54,560 nucleotides of DNA from assembly GCA_034717435.1 (NCBI GenBank), contig JAYELI010000043.1, positions 1-54,560 on the forward strand, written 5' to 3'. This document shows, piece by piece, positions 34,024-43,357 of this stretch. The translations under genes were made by a program, and so were the position numbers. Each line of letters opens with the position of its first letter. The stretch's first letter is position 1. The notes beneath the pieces are model-generated. The model ran no database searches. It worked only from the letters and a program-made list of their open reading frames with translations, and had not been told where the DNA came from. This DNA comes from Candidatus Omnitrophota bacterium. GTDB lineage: Bacteria > Omnitrophota > JAUWXU01.

Positions 34024-35272
34024 CCCATCCTCTGAGCTCTACAGCCCGGGCCACTCTTGCCACAGCCACCATATAAGCGGCTACCCTCATATTGATTTTA
34101 TGTTTAACGGACATATCTAAAGCATCGTGAAAGGCCTTAGTCATTTTCCTATTAAGTCTTTGGTGAACCTCTTCGATCTCCCAGTAAAGATTGGTAATGT
34201 TCTGGACCCATTCAAAATAAGAAACAGTAACGCCTCCGGCATTGCAGAGAAAATCAGGAATTACAAATACCTTATTTTTATAGAGAATCTTATCAGCCTC
34301 CGGCGTTGTCGGGCCATTGGCAGCCTCTGCTATAATCTTTGCTTTTATCCGGGGGGCATTTTCTTTAGTAATGACATTTTCTAAGGCCGCCGGCCATAAT
34401 ATATCAACATCAAGCTCTAACAGATCCTCATTTGAGATAAATTTTGTCCCCGGAAAATTAATAACCGAACCTGTCTTTTTCTTGTGTTCCAGCACTGCCT
34501 GAGGATCAAAGCCATTAGGATCATAACTCCCGCCTTTTGTATCAGATACAGCAATAATTTTACAGCCAAGAATTTCCTGGCTTAAGATAGAGGCATATGA
34601 ACCGGCATTTCCATATCCCTGGACCGCTGCTGTTGTTTTTTTAGTATTGATCTTTAAATGTCCGGCTGCCTCTCTTACTGTATATACCCCGCCCCTGGCA
34701 GTAGCATCGCCCCTGCCTAAAGAACCTCCTATTTCTATGGGTTTGCCGGTAATCACACCCGGAGAGTAACTGCCCTTTAATTTACTGTATTCATCCATCA
34801 TCCAGGCCATTATCTGAGGTGTTGTATAAACATCGGGGGCAGGAATATCTTTTTCCGGGCCGATATATTTAAATATTTTTTTTATATAACCCCTGCTAAG
34901 TCTCTCCAGCTCTTTAACAGACAGCTTCTTGGAGTTACAAATTATTCCGCCCTTTCCTCCTCCAAAGGGAATATCTACCAGGGCTGTTTTCCAGGTCATC
35001 CAGGCAGATAACGCCCTTACCGTATCAACGGTTTCTTCAGGATGATACCTTATCCCGCCTTTACACGGCCCCCGGGCATCATTATATTGAATTCTGAAGC
35101 CCTTAAATCGTTTAATCTTGCCATTATCCATTTTTACCGGGATAGTCACATGGTACTCCCTCATCGGCTTTCTTAAAAGCCGATGTATAGCGGGAGCCAA
35201 ACTTAATTTTTTAGCTGCTTCATCCAGCTGGCTCTGAGCGATCTTAAATGGATTCAATCTTTTTTTTTGCAT
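34004..35272 (-). CDS. gdhA: Glutamate dehydrogenase (Glu/Leu/Phe/Val dehydrogenase family)
   Basis: 422 aa. Catalytic-Lys motif PFGGGKGGI and Rossmann motif VQGYGNAG. Confidence 0.9.
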   Translation of the reverse strand: MQKKRLNPFKIAQSQLDEAAKKLSLAPAIHRLLRKPMREYHVTIPVKMDNGKIKRFKGFRIQYNDARGPCKGGIRYHPEETVDTVRALSAWMTWKTALVDIPFGGGKGGIICNSKKLSVKELERLSRGYIKKIFKYIGPEKDIPAPDVYTTPQIMAWMMDEYSKLKGSYSPGVITGKPIEIGGSLGRGDATARGGVYTVREAAGHLKINTKKTTAAVQGYGNAGSYASILSQEILGCKIIAVSDTKGGSYDPNGFDPQAVLEHKKKTGSVINFPGTKFISNEDLLELDVDILWPAALENVITKENAPRIKAKIIAEAANGPTTPEADKILYKNKVFVIPDFLCNAGGVTVSYFEWVQNITNLYWEIEEVHQRLNRKMTKAFHDALDMSVKHKINMRVAAYMVAVARVARAVELRGWGGKNAG

Positions 35273-35287
35273 AATGTTATTTTCTCC

Positions 35288-36226
35288 TTAAATAAATTCA
35301 ATCGTACTTGGCGGTTTTGGGGTTATATCAAACAAAACCTTTACCACCTGCGGGATATCTTCTATAATCCTGTCCCTGATTCTTTCTAAAATCCGCCACG
35401 GAACTTTAGTAACGGATGCGGTCATCGCATCCTTACTTTCTACCGACCTTATTACAATAATATTGCCAAAAAATCTTTTCCCCTTTCTTATACCCGTGGC
35501 TTTATCGTTCAATAAAACAGCCAATGCCTGAAACGGCCTTAACTCCTCTATTTCCTCTTCCACTATCTCTGTGGCCGTTCTTAAAATCTTAATCTTGGAA
35601 AGTGTCACTTCTCCTATTATTCTGGTGGCTAATCCCGGTCCGGGAAAAGGCATCTGGCTATAAACTAAAGATGAAAACCCCAATTCCTTTGCCACCTTTC
35701 TCACCTGGTATTTAAAAATTTCCCGCAGCGGCTCAACAACCTTAAAACCAAATTGCTTTTGGGGATCAATCCCTATCTGTTTTAAGATATTGTGCTGGGT
35801 CTTAATTTTTCCCTTGGTTTCAATAATATCAGCGGCGATCGTCCCTTGAATTAGTGATTTTACCTTATTCTGCTTAACTGTCTTACCCAGCGTCTTATAA
35901 AAAACCTGACGAAAAGCCTTTCTCTTTTCTTCGGGATCATCCTTTTCCTTTAAGGCCTTAAAAAAATCTTTTTCCGCATTCAATATTTTCACATTTATGC
36001 CGAACGGTTTAAGTTCACTCCTCACCCTTTTTTCATCACTTATCCTCATCAGGCCATCATCAATAAAAAGGATAATCGCTTTCTTACCCAATGCCTTATG
36101 AGCCAGCAATGCGCAAACCATGCTGTCTACCCCGCCTGATGTAGCTACCAGGACACCATTCTCTCCAATCTCTTGTTTTATCTCTTTTAACTTTTCTTTG
36201 ATAAACCGCTTTGTCTCAAATCTCAT
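35288..36226 (-). CDS. GMP synthase ATP-pyrophosphatase subunit (stand-alone subunit B type, no fused GATase domain)
   Basis: 312 aa. PP-loop ATSGGVDS and the C-terminal dimerisation motif PKPPSTIEFI. Confidence 0.78.
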   Translation of the reverse strand: MRFETKRFIKEKLKEIKQEIGENGVLVATSGGVDSMVCALLAHKALGKKAIILFIDDGLMRISDEKRVRSELKPFGINVKILNAEKDFFKALKEKDDPEEKRKAFRQVFYKTLGKTVKQNKVKSLIQGTIAADIIETKGKIKTQHNILKQIGIDPQKQFGFKVVEPLREIFKYQVRKVAKELGFSSLVYSQMPFPGPGLATRIIGEVTLSKIKILRTATEIVEEEIEELRPFQALAVLLNDKATGIRKGKRFFGNIIVIRSVESKDAMTASVTKVPWRILERIRDRIIEDIPQVVKVLFDITPKPPSTIEFI

Positions 36227-36263
36227 TCCATCCCTCCCCTAAATATCGAAAAACTATCTTAAA

Positions 36264-36351
36264 CGCAGATTCTCGCAGATTGCACGCAGATGGTCGCAGA
36301 TTATTATGAATAAATCTGCGTTTATTTACGTTAGATTTGCGTATATCTGCG
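36264..36351. repeat. Family-B dyad-symmetric heptad array: CGCAGAT x4 (36264, 36274, 36285, 36295) facing ATCTGCG-like x4 (36314, 36324, 36335, 36345)
   Basis: Counted directly. Spacings are 10/11/10 bp on both arms around a 12-nt centre (tattatgaataa). The spacers between heptads are not complementary. The array lies 38-125 bp upstream of the GMP synthase subunit start. Confidence 0.85.
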
Positions 36352-36388
36352 TTAAAAATATTTTTTCGGAGCTTTCTAAAAAAGAAAT

Positions 36389-37159
36389 TTACCCATAAAC
36401 AGCAATGCCTTTGTCTTTCAAATACTCCTTTGCCTGTTTAACTGAAATCTCGCCAAAGTGAAACACTGAAGCGCAGAGGACCGCCGATGCTTTTGCTTCC
36501 CTGACAGCATTATAAAGGTGTTCTAACTTTCCAGCTCCCCCGGATGCAACTACTCCAATAGAAACTGCCTCAGCAACCGCCTTGGTCATTTCCAGGTCAT
36601 AACCTTCTTTGGTTCCATCAGCATCTTTGCTGGTTAATAAAATTTCGCCCGCGCCCAGGGCTTCGGCCCTTTTTGCCCATTCAACGACATCCATTCTAGT
36701 CCCTTCTGCCCCGCCGGATATCAAGACCTCTAAATGCGGCGAACTGCTGCCTTGGGGGTTTTTCCTCCCGTCTATTGCTACTACAAGTTTTTCTTTGCCA
36801 AATCTTTCTGAGGCTTCTTTTATTAAATCCGGATTCTTAACAGCAGCGGTATTTATTGAAACCTTGTTCACACCCATGTTAAACAAGGCCTGCATATCTT
36901 CTAAACTCCTGATCCCGCCTCCCACGGTAAATGGAATGGTTACGACTTCTGCAACTTTTTTCACCCACTCCAACCTGGTCGGCCTTCCCTCAACCGAGGC
37001 AGCGATATCTAAAAAGACCAGTTCATCGGCGCCTTCTTTTGAATAACAGACAGCCGCCTCAACCGGATCACGGGCATTTTTTAAATTGACAAATTTTATC
37101 CCTTTAACCACTCGTCCGTCTTTTATATCCAAACAGGGGATAATTTTAATCGTTCTCAT
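36389..37159 (-). CDS. hisF: Imidazole glycerol phosphate synthase cyclase subunit
   Basis: 256 aa. Motifs CLDIKDGRVVKG, VVAIDGRK and a (beta/alpha)8 phosphate-binding GGAG. Confidence 0.95.
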   Translation of the reverse strand: MRTIKIIPCLDIKDGRVVKGIKFVNLKNARDPVEAAVCYSKEGADELVFLDIAASVEGRPTRLEWVKKVAEVVTIPFTVGGGIRSLEDMQALFNMGVNKVSINTAAVKNPDLIKEASERFGKEKLVVAIDGRKNPQGSSSPHLEVLISGGAEGTRMDVVEWAKRAEALGAGEILLTSKDADGTKEGYDLEMTKAVAEAVSIGVVASGGAGKLEHLYNAVREAKASAVLCASVFHFGEISVKQAKEYLKDKGIAVYG

Positions 37160-37167
37160 AGCGTTAA

Positions 37168-38697
37168 TTATACCTCCCTTAAAAAATATCCCGGGGCTGT
37201 GGGAATTGCGTCTGTAGTCATATTTATTCCGAGCTTTCTCAAGCCTCCCTCATCACCTTCACTCGGAATATGAGTCATGTGCATCTGGCAGCCATTCAAC
37301 TCCTGCAGTTTCTTCATCCCTGTTTCTGCTGCCGGATTAGCAGTAGCACTTATCGAAAGGGCTACTAATATCTCTTCCACATCTAAGCTTTCCGATTTCA
37401 TCTTTAGGGTATCTTTTTTGAGTATCCTGATATTATCAATAATCATTTTGGGTAAAAGGTCTATTTTGTCGGGTATCCTTGCTAACGTCTTTATGACATT
37501 CAAGATAGCAGCCGAGGCAGCATGCAGGAGGGGAGAATTTTTACCGGTAATAATCTTGCCGTTTTTCAGCTCTATAGCCGCGCCGCAGAATATGCCCTTA
37601 TGTCCTTTACCTTTTTTCTCGGCCTTTTGAGCCGCCTTCCTGGCAGGAACTACAGCAGGCCTATCTTCTTGTTTTAAACCCAATTCTTCCATTAATCCCT
37701 TAGTGCGTTCTACGGTATCCTTGTTTTGCAATCCTGCCATAAACTCCCGATGATAACGAAAATATCTGGCTATAATCTCCTGCTTAGCCGCCCTGTTTAT
37801 AACCTTATCATCCACTATGCCAAACCCAATTCTATTTACACCCATATCAGTAGGAGAATTGTACATCAGCATTTTTCTCCCCTTTCCCACAATCCTTTCT
37901 AAAATCTTTTTCAATATGGGAAATGCCTCAACATCTCTGTTGTAGTTAATAGCCTCTTTTTTATAAGTCTCTAAGTGAAACGGATCCACCAAATTAAAAT
38001 CTCTTAAATCGCAGGTAGCCGACTCATAAGCTACATTAACCGGATGCTTTAATGGAAGGTTCCAGATTGGAAATGTCTCGAACTTAGCAAAGCCTGAATT
38101 AATCCCTTTTTTATGATCATGATACATCTGAGATAAACAAGTAGCCATTTTCCCGCTTCCAGGACCAGGGGCGGTTACTATAACTATCGGTTTTTTGGTC
38201 TTGATATATTGATTCCTGCCGTAGCCTTCTTCACTTACAATTCTATTTACATCCACCGGATAACCAGATATTTCACCGTGAGTATAAACCTTTACCCCCT
38301 TATGTTCCAATCGTTGTTTAAAACGGACAACCTGAGGTTCTCCTCTAAAGCGTGTCAAAACTACACTTATTATATCAAGGCCCCAGTCTTTTAAATCATC
38401 TATCATATAGAGAGTGGCGATATCATAGGTCATACCAAAATCGCCGCGCAGTCTTCCCGATTCTATGTCTTTTGCATACACACAAAACATTACCTCTACC
38501 TTATCCCCCAGCATCTTAAGAAGCCTCATTTTTACCCGTGGATCATATCCCGGCAGGACCCGCGCCGCATGATAATCAAAGCAAAGTTTTCCTCCAAATT
38601 CCAGATAAAGCTTATGGCCAAACTTTTTTACCCTTTCCAGAATAGCGTTGGATTGCTCAGCCAAATATTTTTGATTGTCGAATCCTGCTTTTTTCAT
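37168..38697 (-). CDS. DUF1846 / UPF0371 family protein (function unknown)
   Basis: 509 aa. The family-typical N-terminus FDNQKYLAEQS...KLYLEFGGKL and the core VTAPGPGSGKMATCLSQMYHD...FETFPIWNLPLKHPVN match my recollection of UPF0371 proteins. Confidence 0.85.
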   Translation of the reverse strand: MKKAGFDNQKYLAEQSNAILERVKKFGHKLYLEFGGKLCFDYHAARVLPGYDPRVKMRLLKMLGDKVEVMFCVYAKDIESGRLRGDFGMTYDIATLYMIDDLKDWGLDIISVVLTRFRGEPQVVRFKQRLEHKGVKVYTHGEISGYPVDVNRIVSEEGYGRNQYIKTKKPIVIVTAPGPGSGKMATCLSQMYHDHKKGINSGFAKFETFPIWNLPLKHPVNVAYESATCDLRDFNLVDPFHLETYKKEAINYNRDVEAFPILKKILERIVGKGRKMLMYNSPTDMGVNRIGFGIVDDKVINRAAKQEIIARYFRYHREFMAGLQNKDTVERTKGLMEELGLKQEDRPAVVPARKAAQKAEKKGKGHKGIFCGAAIELKNGKIITGKNSPLLHAASAAILNVIKTLARIPDKIDLLPKMIIDNIRILKKDTLKMKSESLDVEEILVALSISATANPAAETGMKKLQELNGCQMHMTHIPSEGDEGGLRKLGINMTTDAIPTAPGYFLREV

Positions 38698-38729
38698 TTT
38701 GCTTGAAAATTAGTGCGGAGATTAATTTA

Positions 38730-38748
38730 TCCCGAAACTCCGGGACTC
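38730..38748. repeat. Single inverted-orientation copy of the gagtcccg..cgggac hairpin unit (tcccgaaactccgggactc)
   Basis: Its reverse complement gagtcccggagtttcggga matches the 18408/18440 units at most positions. Lies in the 5' leader of the DUF1846 gene. Confidence 0.6.
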
Positions 38749-38751
38749 ATT

Positions 38752-38780
38752 AAAAAAAGACGCCTTTGTTCGACGTCTTT
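38752..38780 (-). terminator. Rho-independent terminator after pabBC (minus strand AAAGACG-tcgaacaaagg-CGTCTTT followed by a T run)
   Basis: 7-bp stem followed on the minus strand by further T residues, located about 90 nt after the pabBC stop. Confidence 0.65.
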
Positions 38781-38868
38781 GTCAATCACAATCGCATAAT
38801 AATACCACTTTATACCTTCGCATAACTTTACCAGAATAATAATCTATTGTCAAGATTTTATTTATTTC

Positions 38869-40719
38869 CTATTCATCCAACGTTACCCGCATCATTCCTC
38901 TTACGGAATTAGCCAGAAAAATTCCATCTGCTGTTTCCAAGTCATTCATAGCTAAGACCTTTTCGCAAATCAACCCTGAATTTCGCGCAAAGAAATATCT
39001 TCGATATACCCCATTTAACAGTCCGCTTTTAAGCGGAGGGGTATAATAAATTCCGTTAGATTTAATAAACACGTTAGAAACCGCTCCTTCGGTAATTTCG
39101 TCTCTTTCATTTTGAAAGATTACATCAAAATATCCTAATTTCTTATATTTTTTGTATTCCCGGTCATAGAGTTTTCTATTGGTTGTTTTGTGCCGCAGAA
39201 AAACATCGTTTGAAACAGTGCGTTGATTGGAAATAGTTATTAAATTAATTTTGCTATTTATCTTTCTTTTTATTTTTCTATACGAAATAAAAATATCTCC
39301 GTTTTTAGACAACAGCAGTCGAACTCGATAGCGGTAACGAATATCAAAAAACTTTCTTTTTCTTTCCAGAAGATCTTTTATAAGCTTTCCATTATATTTG
39401 AAGCCGAAATACAAGGCAGATTTTTTTAATCTTTCCAGATGATACTTGGGGAGAAAAAATCCTGTCTTTTTTGACCAGAGCATTGTCTCGATCAACTGAA
39501 ATTCTTTTTTTATTCCGGTTAAAAAATTGGCTTTAAGTTTACATTCCTCATATTCGGCAGGCGCGTTTGAGCTGTAGACAATACCACTGCCAACCCCCAT
39601 CTCTCCTTTTTTATTCTCTAAAAGGATGCTGCGAATGGCTACATTAAAGACCGCATCCCTGTTGGGATTGATAAAACCGATTGAGCCGGTATAAACCTTT
39701 CTATCTTTTTTTTCAATATCCTTTATAATCCGCATTGTCCGTATCTTGGGCGCGCCGGTCACAGAGCCGGACGGAAAAATGCCGGAAAATATACTATAAA
39801 GAGACATTTTTTCTTTTAACGTACTTTTTATGGTAGAAGTCATCTGAAAGAGGGTTTCATACTTCTCAATAGAAAATTTGTCAGGCACGCTTACGCTTCC
39901 CGTCTCGGATACCCTCCCCAGGTCATTTCGCAGTAAGTCCACTATCATTATATTTTCCGCCCTGTTTTTCTTGTCGTATTTTAAAACAGAGCTATTTTTT
40001 TTATCCTCTCTTAAATTACTGCCCCTATTTATGGTCCCCTTCATCGGCCTTACTTCCATTTTCCGGCCTTTTTTCTTAAAGAACAACTCCGGCGAAAAAG
40101 AAAGAACTTTAAAATCTTTTGTCTTTATAAAGGCAGAGTAAAAAACAGTTTGATTATTTCTCAAATCATAATAAAGCTTATAAGCCGAGCCTGTAAAATC
40201 AAACTTATACTTCATGGTATAATTGACCTGGTAAGTATCCCCTGCCCTGATTAATTCTTTAATTTTTTTAATGGAATTAAGATAAGAGTCTTTTTTGACA
40301 TTTAAACGCAGGTTTTTTATATGGTAGCTGGCTTTTGTTTCTTTTACATTGCTAAGGAAAAATCCTTTATTATCGACAAAAGCATTTTTTCTGTGATCAA
40401 AAACCACTGGTTTTTTAAAAATGCCCATCCAAATAAGAGGAAATGCGTAGTTTATTTTTCTTTTAGAAAACTGTTCAAATCCGTAACCCATTTCATATGA
40501 ACAAAACCCAGCCGCATAGTATCCTTTATCCAGATAAAAATTAATACGCTCAAAGCATGTCTTGATATTATTTAAACTGTGGCTTTGAACAATGTCACAG
40601 GGCTTGACAAACAGGTAAGAAAAAAAATTGTTTTTATTTATCTTTGCTGTCTCAAGCAAGACAAATACACTGTGCTTCTTTAATTTATCTAAAATATTCA
40701 AAACGGAAGGACCGATCAT
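38869..40719 (-). CDS. Fused aminodeoxychorismate synthase component I (PabB) and aminodeoxychorismate lyase (PabC, class IV aminotransferase fold)
   Basis: 616 aa. Chorismate-binding domain ([22 protein letters not shown]), then a C-terminal roughly 200 aa class-IV fold with HKTTNR. Confidence 0.8.
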   Translation of the reverse strand: MIGPSVLNILDKLKKHSVFVLLETAKINKNNFFSYLFVKPCDIVQSHSLNNIKTCFERINFYLDKGYYAAGFCSYEMGYGFEQFSKRKINYAFPLIWMGIFKKPVVFDHRKNAFVDNKGFFLSNVKETKASYHIKNLRLNVKKDSYLNSIKKIKELIRAGDTYQVNYTMKYKFDFTGSAYKLYYDLRNNQTVFYSAFIKTKDFKVLSFSPELFFKKKGRKMEVRPMKGTINRGSNLREDKKNSSVLKYDKKNRAENIMIVDLLRNDLGRVSETGSVSVPDKFSIEKYETLFQMTSTIKSTLKEKMSLYSIFSGIFPSGSVTGAPKIRTMRIIKDIEKKDRKVYTGSIGFINPNRDAVFNVAIRSILLENKKGEMGVGSGIVYSSNAPAEYEECKLKANFLTGIKKEFQLIETMLWSKKTGFFLPKYHLERLKKSALYFGFKYNGKLIKDLLERKRKFFDIRYRYRVRLLLSKNGDIFISYRKIKRKINSKINLITISNQRTVSNDVFLRHKTTNRKLYDREYKKYKKLGYFDVIFQNERDEITEGAVSNVFIKSNGIYYTPPLKSGLLNGVYRRYFFARNSGLICEKVLAMNDLETADGIFLANSVRGMMRVTLDE

Positions 40720-42599
40720 GCTTTCTTTAAATAGACCATTAGAATAGAAATGGCTGCCGGAGTAATGCCGGAAATTCTGGATGCTTCACCTAAGTTGAAA
40801 GGCCTAAACGCGGACAATTTTTCTATTACCTCGGATGAAAGGCCGGGGATATTCTTAAAATCTACGGCATCCGGTATCTTTATTCTCTCTATTTTTCTAA
40901 AGCTTTCTATTTCTTTCTTCTGCCTCTGGATATAGCCTTTATGCTTAACCTCAAATTCCACCTGAAATATCACAGCACTGTCTATCCCGTTATTTTTTCC
41001 GCTAGAGTCAGAATCTTCTATAAAGGATATTAAATCTTTATATAAAATCTGCGGCCTTTTTAAAAGTTCGCTAAAGCGTTTAGCTTCGCGGATTGGGCTG
41101 CTTCCTAGTTGTTTTATTTTTTTGTTTACCGGGAAAAGAGGTTTTATTTTAATATCATCTATCCTTTCCAATTCCCTTCTAATGGTTTCCTTTTTAGAAC
41201 AGGCCTGTTTATATCTATTTTTATCTACAAGGCCCAGATTAAATCCTATCTCTGAAAGCCTTAAATCCGCATTATCCTCCCTGAGTAACAATCTATATTC
41301 TACCCGCGAGGTAAACATCCTGTATGGCTCATCGGTTCCTTTAATCACCAGGTCATCAATTAACACCCCGATATAAGCCTGGGAGCGGTCAAGTGTCAAG
41401 GGCTCTTTATTTTTAACCTTAAGGGCCGCGTTTATCCCGGCGATAAGCCCCTGAGCAGCCGCCTCTTCATAACCGGATGTACCGTTAATCTGGCCGGCGT
41501 GATAAAGCCCCTTAACTACCTTTGTCTCTAAGGTAGATTTAAGCTGTCTGGGGTCTATATAATCATATTCAATAGCATATCCCGGCTTGGTTATTTTTGC
41601 ATTCTTAAGACCTCCTAAAGACCTCAGGACTTTAAGCTGTACATCTTCAGGCAAGCCTGTAAACAACCCGTTACAATAAACTTCGGTAGTGTTTTCCCCC
41701 TCAGGCTCTAAAAATATCTGGTGCCTGTCTTTATCGGGAAAAAGGTCAATTTTATCTTCAATAGAAGGGCAATACCGGGGAGGCGCTCCTTTGATATGCG
41801 GATTAACCATTGGCGAAAGAGAAAGATATTTTTTTATAAAATTATGAGTCTCGGCGTTGGTATAGGTTATATAACAAGGGACTTGTTTTCTTTTAATCTC
41901 CTTTGTAGAAAAAGAAAACGGTCTGGGGGGATTGTCTCCTGCCTGAACTTCCAGCTGAGAATAATCTATAGTCTTGCCTTCTATCCGGGGAGGAGTGCAT
42001 GTCTTAAGCCTCCCCAATTTCAGCCCCGCCCTGATCAAGCTTTTTGAAAGCAACTTGGAAGGTGGTTCTCCCATCCTTCCGGCTGAAAATTTTTTCTTGC
42101 CGATATGGATTATTCCTTTCAAAAAAGTTCCGGTAGCTATGATTACTGTCTCAGATAAAAATCTTTGTTTTCTATTTGTAACCACCCCGTGCACATTCCT
42201 GCTCTTTATTAAAATTCCATTTACTACAGCCTGCTTAAGGTGCAAATTTTTCTCGTTTTCTAAGGCGGACCTCATCCTTAAGCCAAAGGCCTTTCTGTTG
42301 GCCTGAGCACGAGATGAACGAACAGCCGGACCTCTACTCATATTCAACACCCTGAACTGAATTCCTGTATCATCTATGGCCTTAGCCATTTCTCCCCCCA
42401 GGGCATCTATTTCTTTTACCAGTTGTCCCTTGGCTATGCCCCCGATAGCCGGGTTACAGGACATAAGGGCTATTGTCTTCAGGTTCATAGTTAAAAGAAG
42501 TGTTTTGCATCCCATACGAGAGGAAGCTAAAGCCGCTTCACAACCGGCATGACCAGCCCCAACAACTATCACATCATATACTTGCATAATTTCCTTCAT
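40716..42599 (-). CDS. mnmG: tRNA uridine 5-carboxymethylaminomethyl modification enzyme MnmG (GidA)
   Basis: 627 aa. FAD motif [16 protein letters not shown] and full-length family similarity. The ATG at 42587 (AAGGA RBS) is an alternative start. Confidence 0.95.
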   Translation of the reverse strand: MKEIMQVYDVIVVGAGHAGCEAALASSRMGCKTLLLTMNLKTIALMSCNPAIGGIAKGQLVKEIDALGGEMAKAIDDTGIQFRVLNMSRGPAVRSSRAQANRKAFGLRMRSALENEKNLHLKQAVVNGILIKSRNVHGVVTNRKQRFLSETVIIATGTFLKGIIHIGKKKFSAGRMGEPPSKLLSKSLIRAGLKLGRLKTCTPPRIEGKTIDYSQLEVQAGDNPPRPFSFSTKEIKRKQVPCYITYTNAETHNFIKKYLSLSPMVNPHIKGAPPRYCPSIEDKIDLFPDKDRHQIFLEPEGENTTEVYCNGLFTGLPEDVQLKVLRSLGGLKNAKITKPGYAIEYDYIDPRQLKSTLETKVVKGLYHAGQINGTSGYEEAAAQGLIAGINAALKVKNKEPLTLDRSQAYIGVLIDDLVIKGTDEPYRMFTSRVEYRLLLREDNADLRLSEIGFNLGLVDKNRYKQACSKKETIRRELERIDDIKIKPLFPVNKKIKQLGSSPIREAKRFSELLKRPQILYKDLISFIEDSDSSGKNNGIDSAVIFQVEFEVKHKGYIQRQKKEIESFRKIERIKIPDAVDFKNIPGLSSEVIEKLSAFRPFNLGEASRISGITPAAISILMVYLKKA

Positions 42600-42642
42600 C
42601 CACAGCCCGTATTGCTATTTACTCTTTCTGTGCTCATCTGTG

Positions 42643-43347
42643 TTATTTTTTCACTTCCGAACTCAAAATAATTGCCTCGGCAATATCCCTCATAGACTTG
42701 CGTAAATTCATACTGGTTTTCTGAATTTTTCTAAATGCCTCTTGTTCGGAAAGGTTCTCTTCCTTCATTAACAATCCCTTGGCCCGCTCGATTAGTTTTC
42801 GCATTTCCAGCTCTTCTTTAACAACTTTGGATTGAACCAGTAAGCTGGCATTCTCAATTACAATAGCTGCCTGATTAGCAACTGTGATTAGAACATCTAT
42901 CTCTGTTTTGGTAAATTTATGCGGGGATGAAGTATAGTTATTAATTACCCCAATTACTTTACCCTTGACAGCTAATGGAACGCATAAAAGTGAATATAAT
43001 CCTTCTTTTTTAGCTATATTTTTATACCTATACTCCTTTTCCTTATTTACATTAAAGACCACCTGGGATTTATTCTCTTTAGCAGCTTTTCCGGCAATTC
43101 CTTCTCCTACTTTTAAGGGCGGTTTTTTGTTGTATGTTTCACTAACACTTTGCGTAGTCCTGATTACCAGATTATTTGTTTTCTCGTCAATTAACATTAA
43201 AGAACATATCTTTGACTTCAAAACCTGAGCTGCGACCGTTACTATCAAACGCAGAATATCTTCCAGATAAAGATCGGAAGTAATGGCCTTGCTTATGCTC
43301 AAAAGCGCTTCTATTTGTCTGGAGGATGATATTGCTTTCTTTTTCAT
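42643..43347 (-). CDS. GAF-ANTAR RNA-binding antitermination-type regulator
   Basis: GAF domain followed by an ANTAR helix bundle (RKLIERAKGLLMKEENLSEQEAFRKIQKTSMNLRKSMRDIAEAI). I set the start at the ATG at 43347 (RBS GGAGGAG). The 25 extra track residues come from a repeat element. Confidence 0.8.
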   Translation of the reverse strand: MKKKAISSSRQIEALLSISKAITSDLYLEDILRLIVTVAAQVLKSKICSLMLIDEKTNNLVIRTTQSVSETYNKKPPLKVGEGIAGKAAKENKSQVVFNVNKEKEYRYKNIAKKEGLYSLLCVPLAVKGKVIGVINNYTSSPHKFTKTEIDVLITVANQAAIVIENASLLVQSKVVKEELEMRKLIERAKGLLMKEENLSEQEAFRKIQKTSMNLRKSMRDIAEAIILSSEVKK

Positions 43348-43357
43348 ATTCTCCTCC

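Noticed and set aside
36264-36351. Possible CRISPR array, given regularly spaced short repeats here and in the heptamer tracts
   Set aside because: The units are only 7 bp with 3-4 bp spacers, or are directly tandem. There are no 25-40 bp repeats, no unique spacers of about 30 bp, and no cas genes in the window.
36227-36388. Guanine/purine riboswitch upstream of the GMP synthase subunit gene
   Set aside because: The spacer is fully accounted for by the dyad heptad array. I could not find the conserved purine-riboswitch three-way junction or its loop-loop motifs. This should still be confirmed with cmscan.
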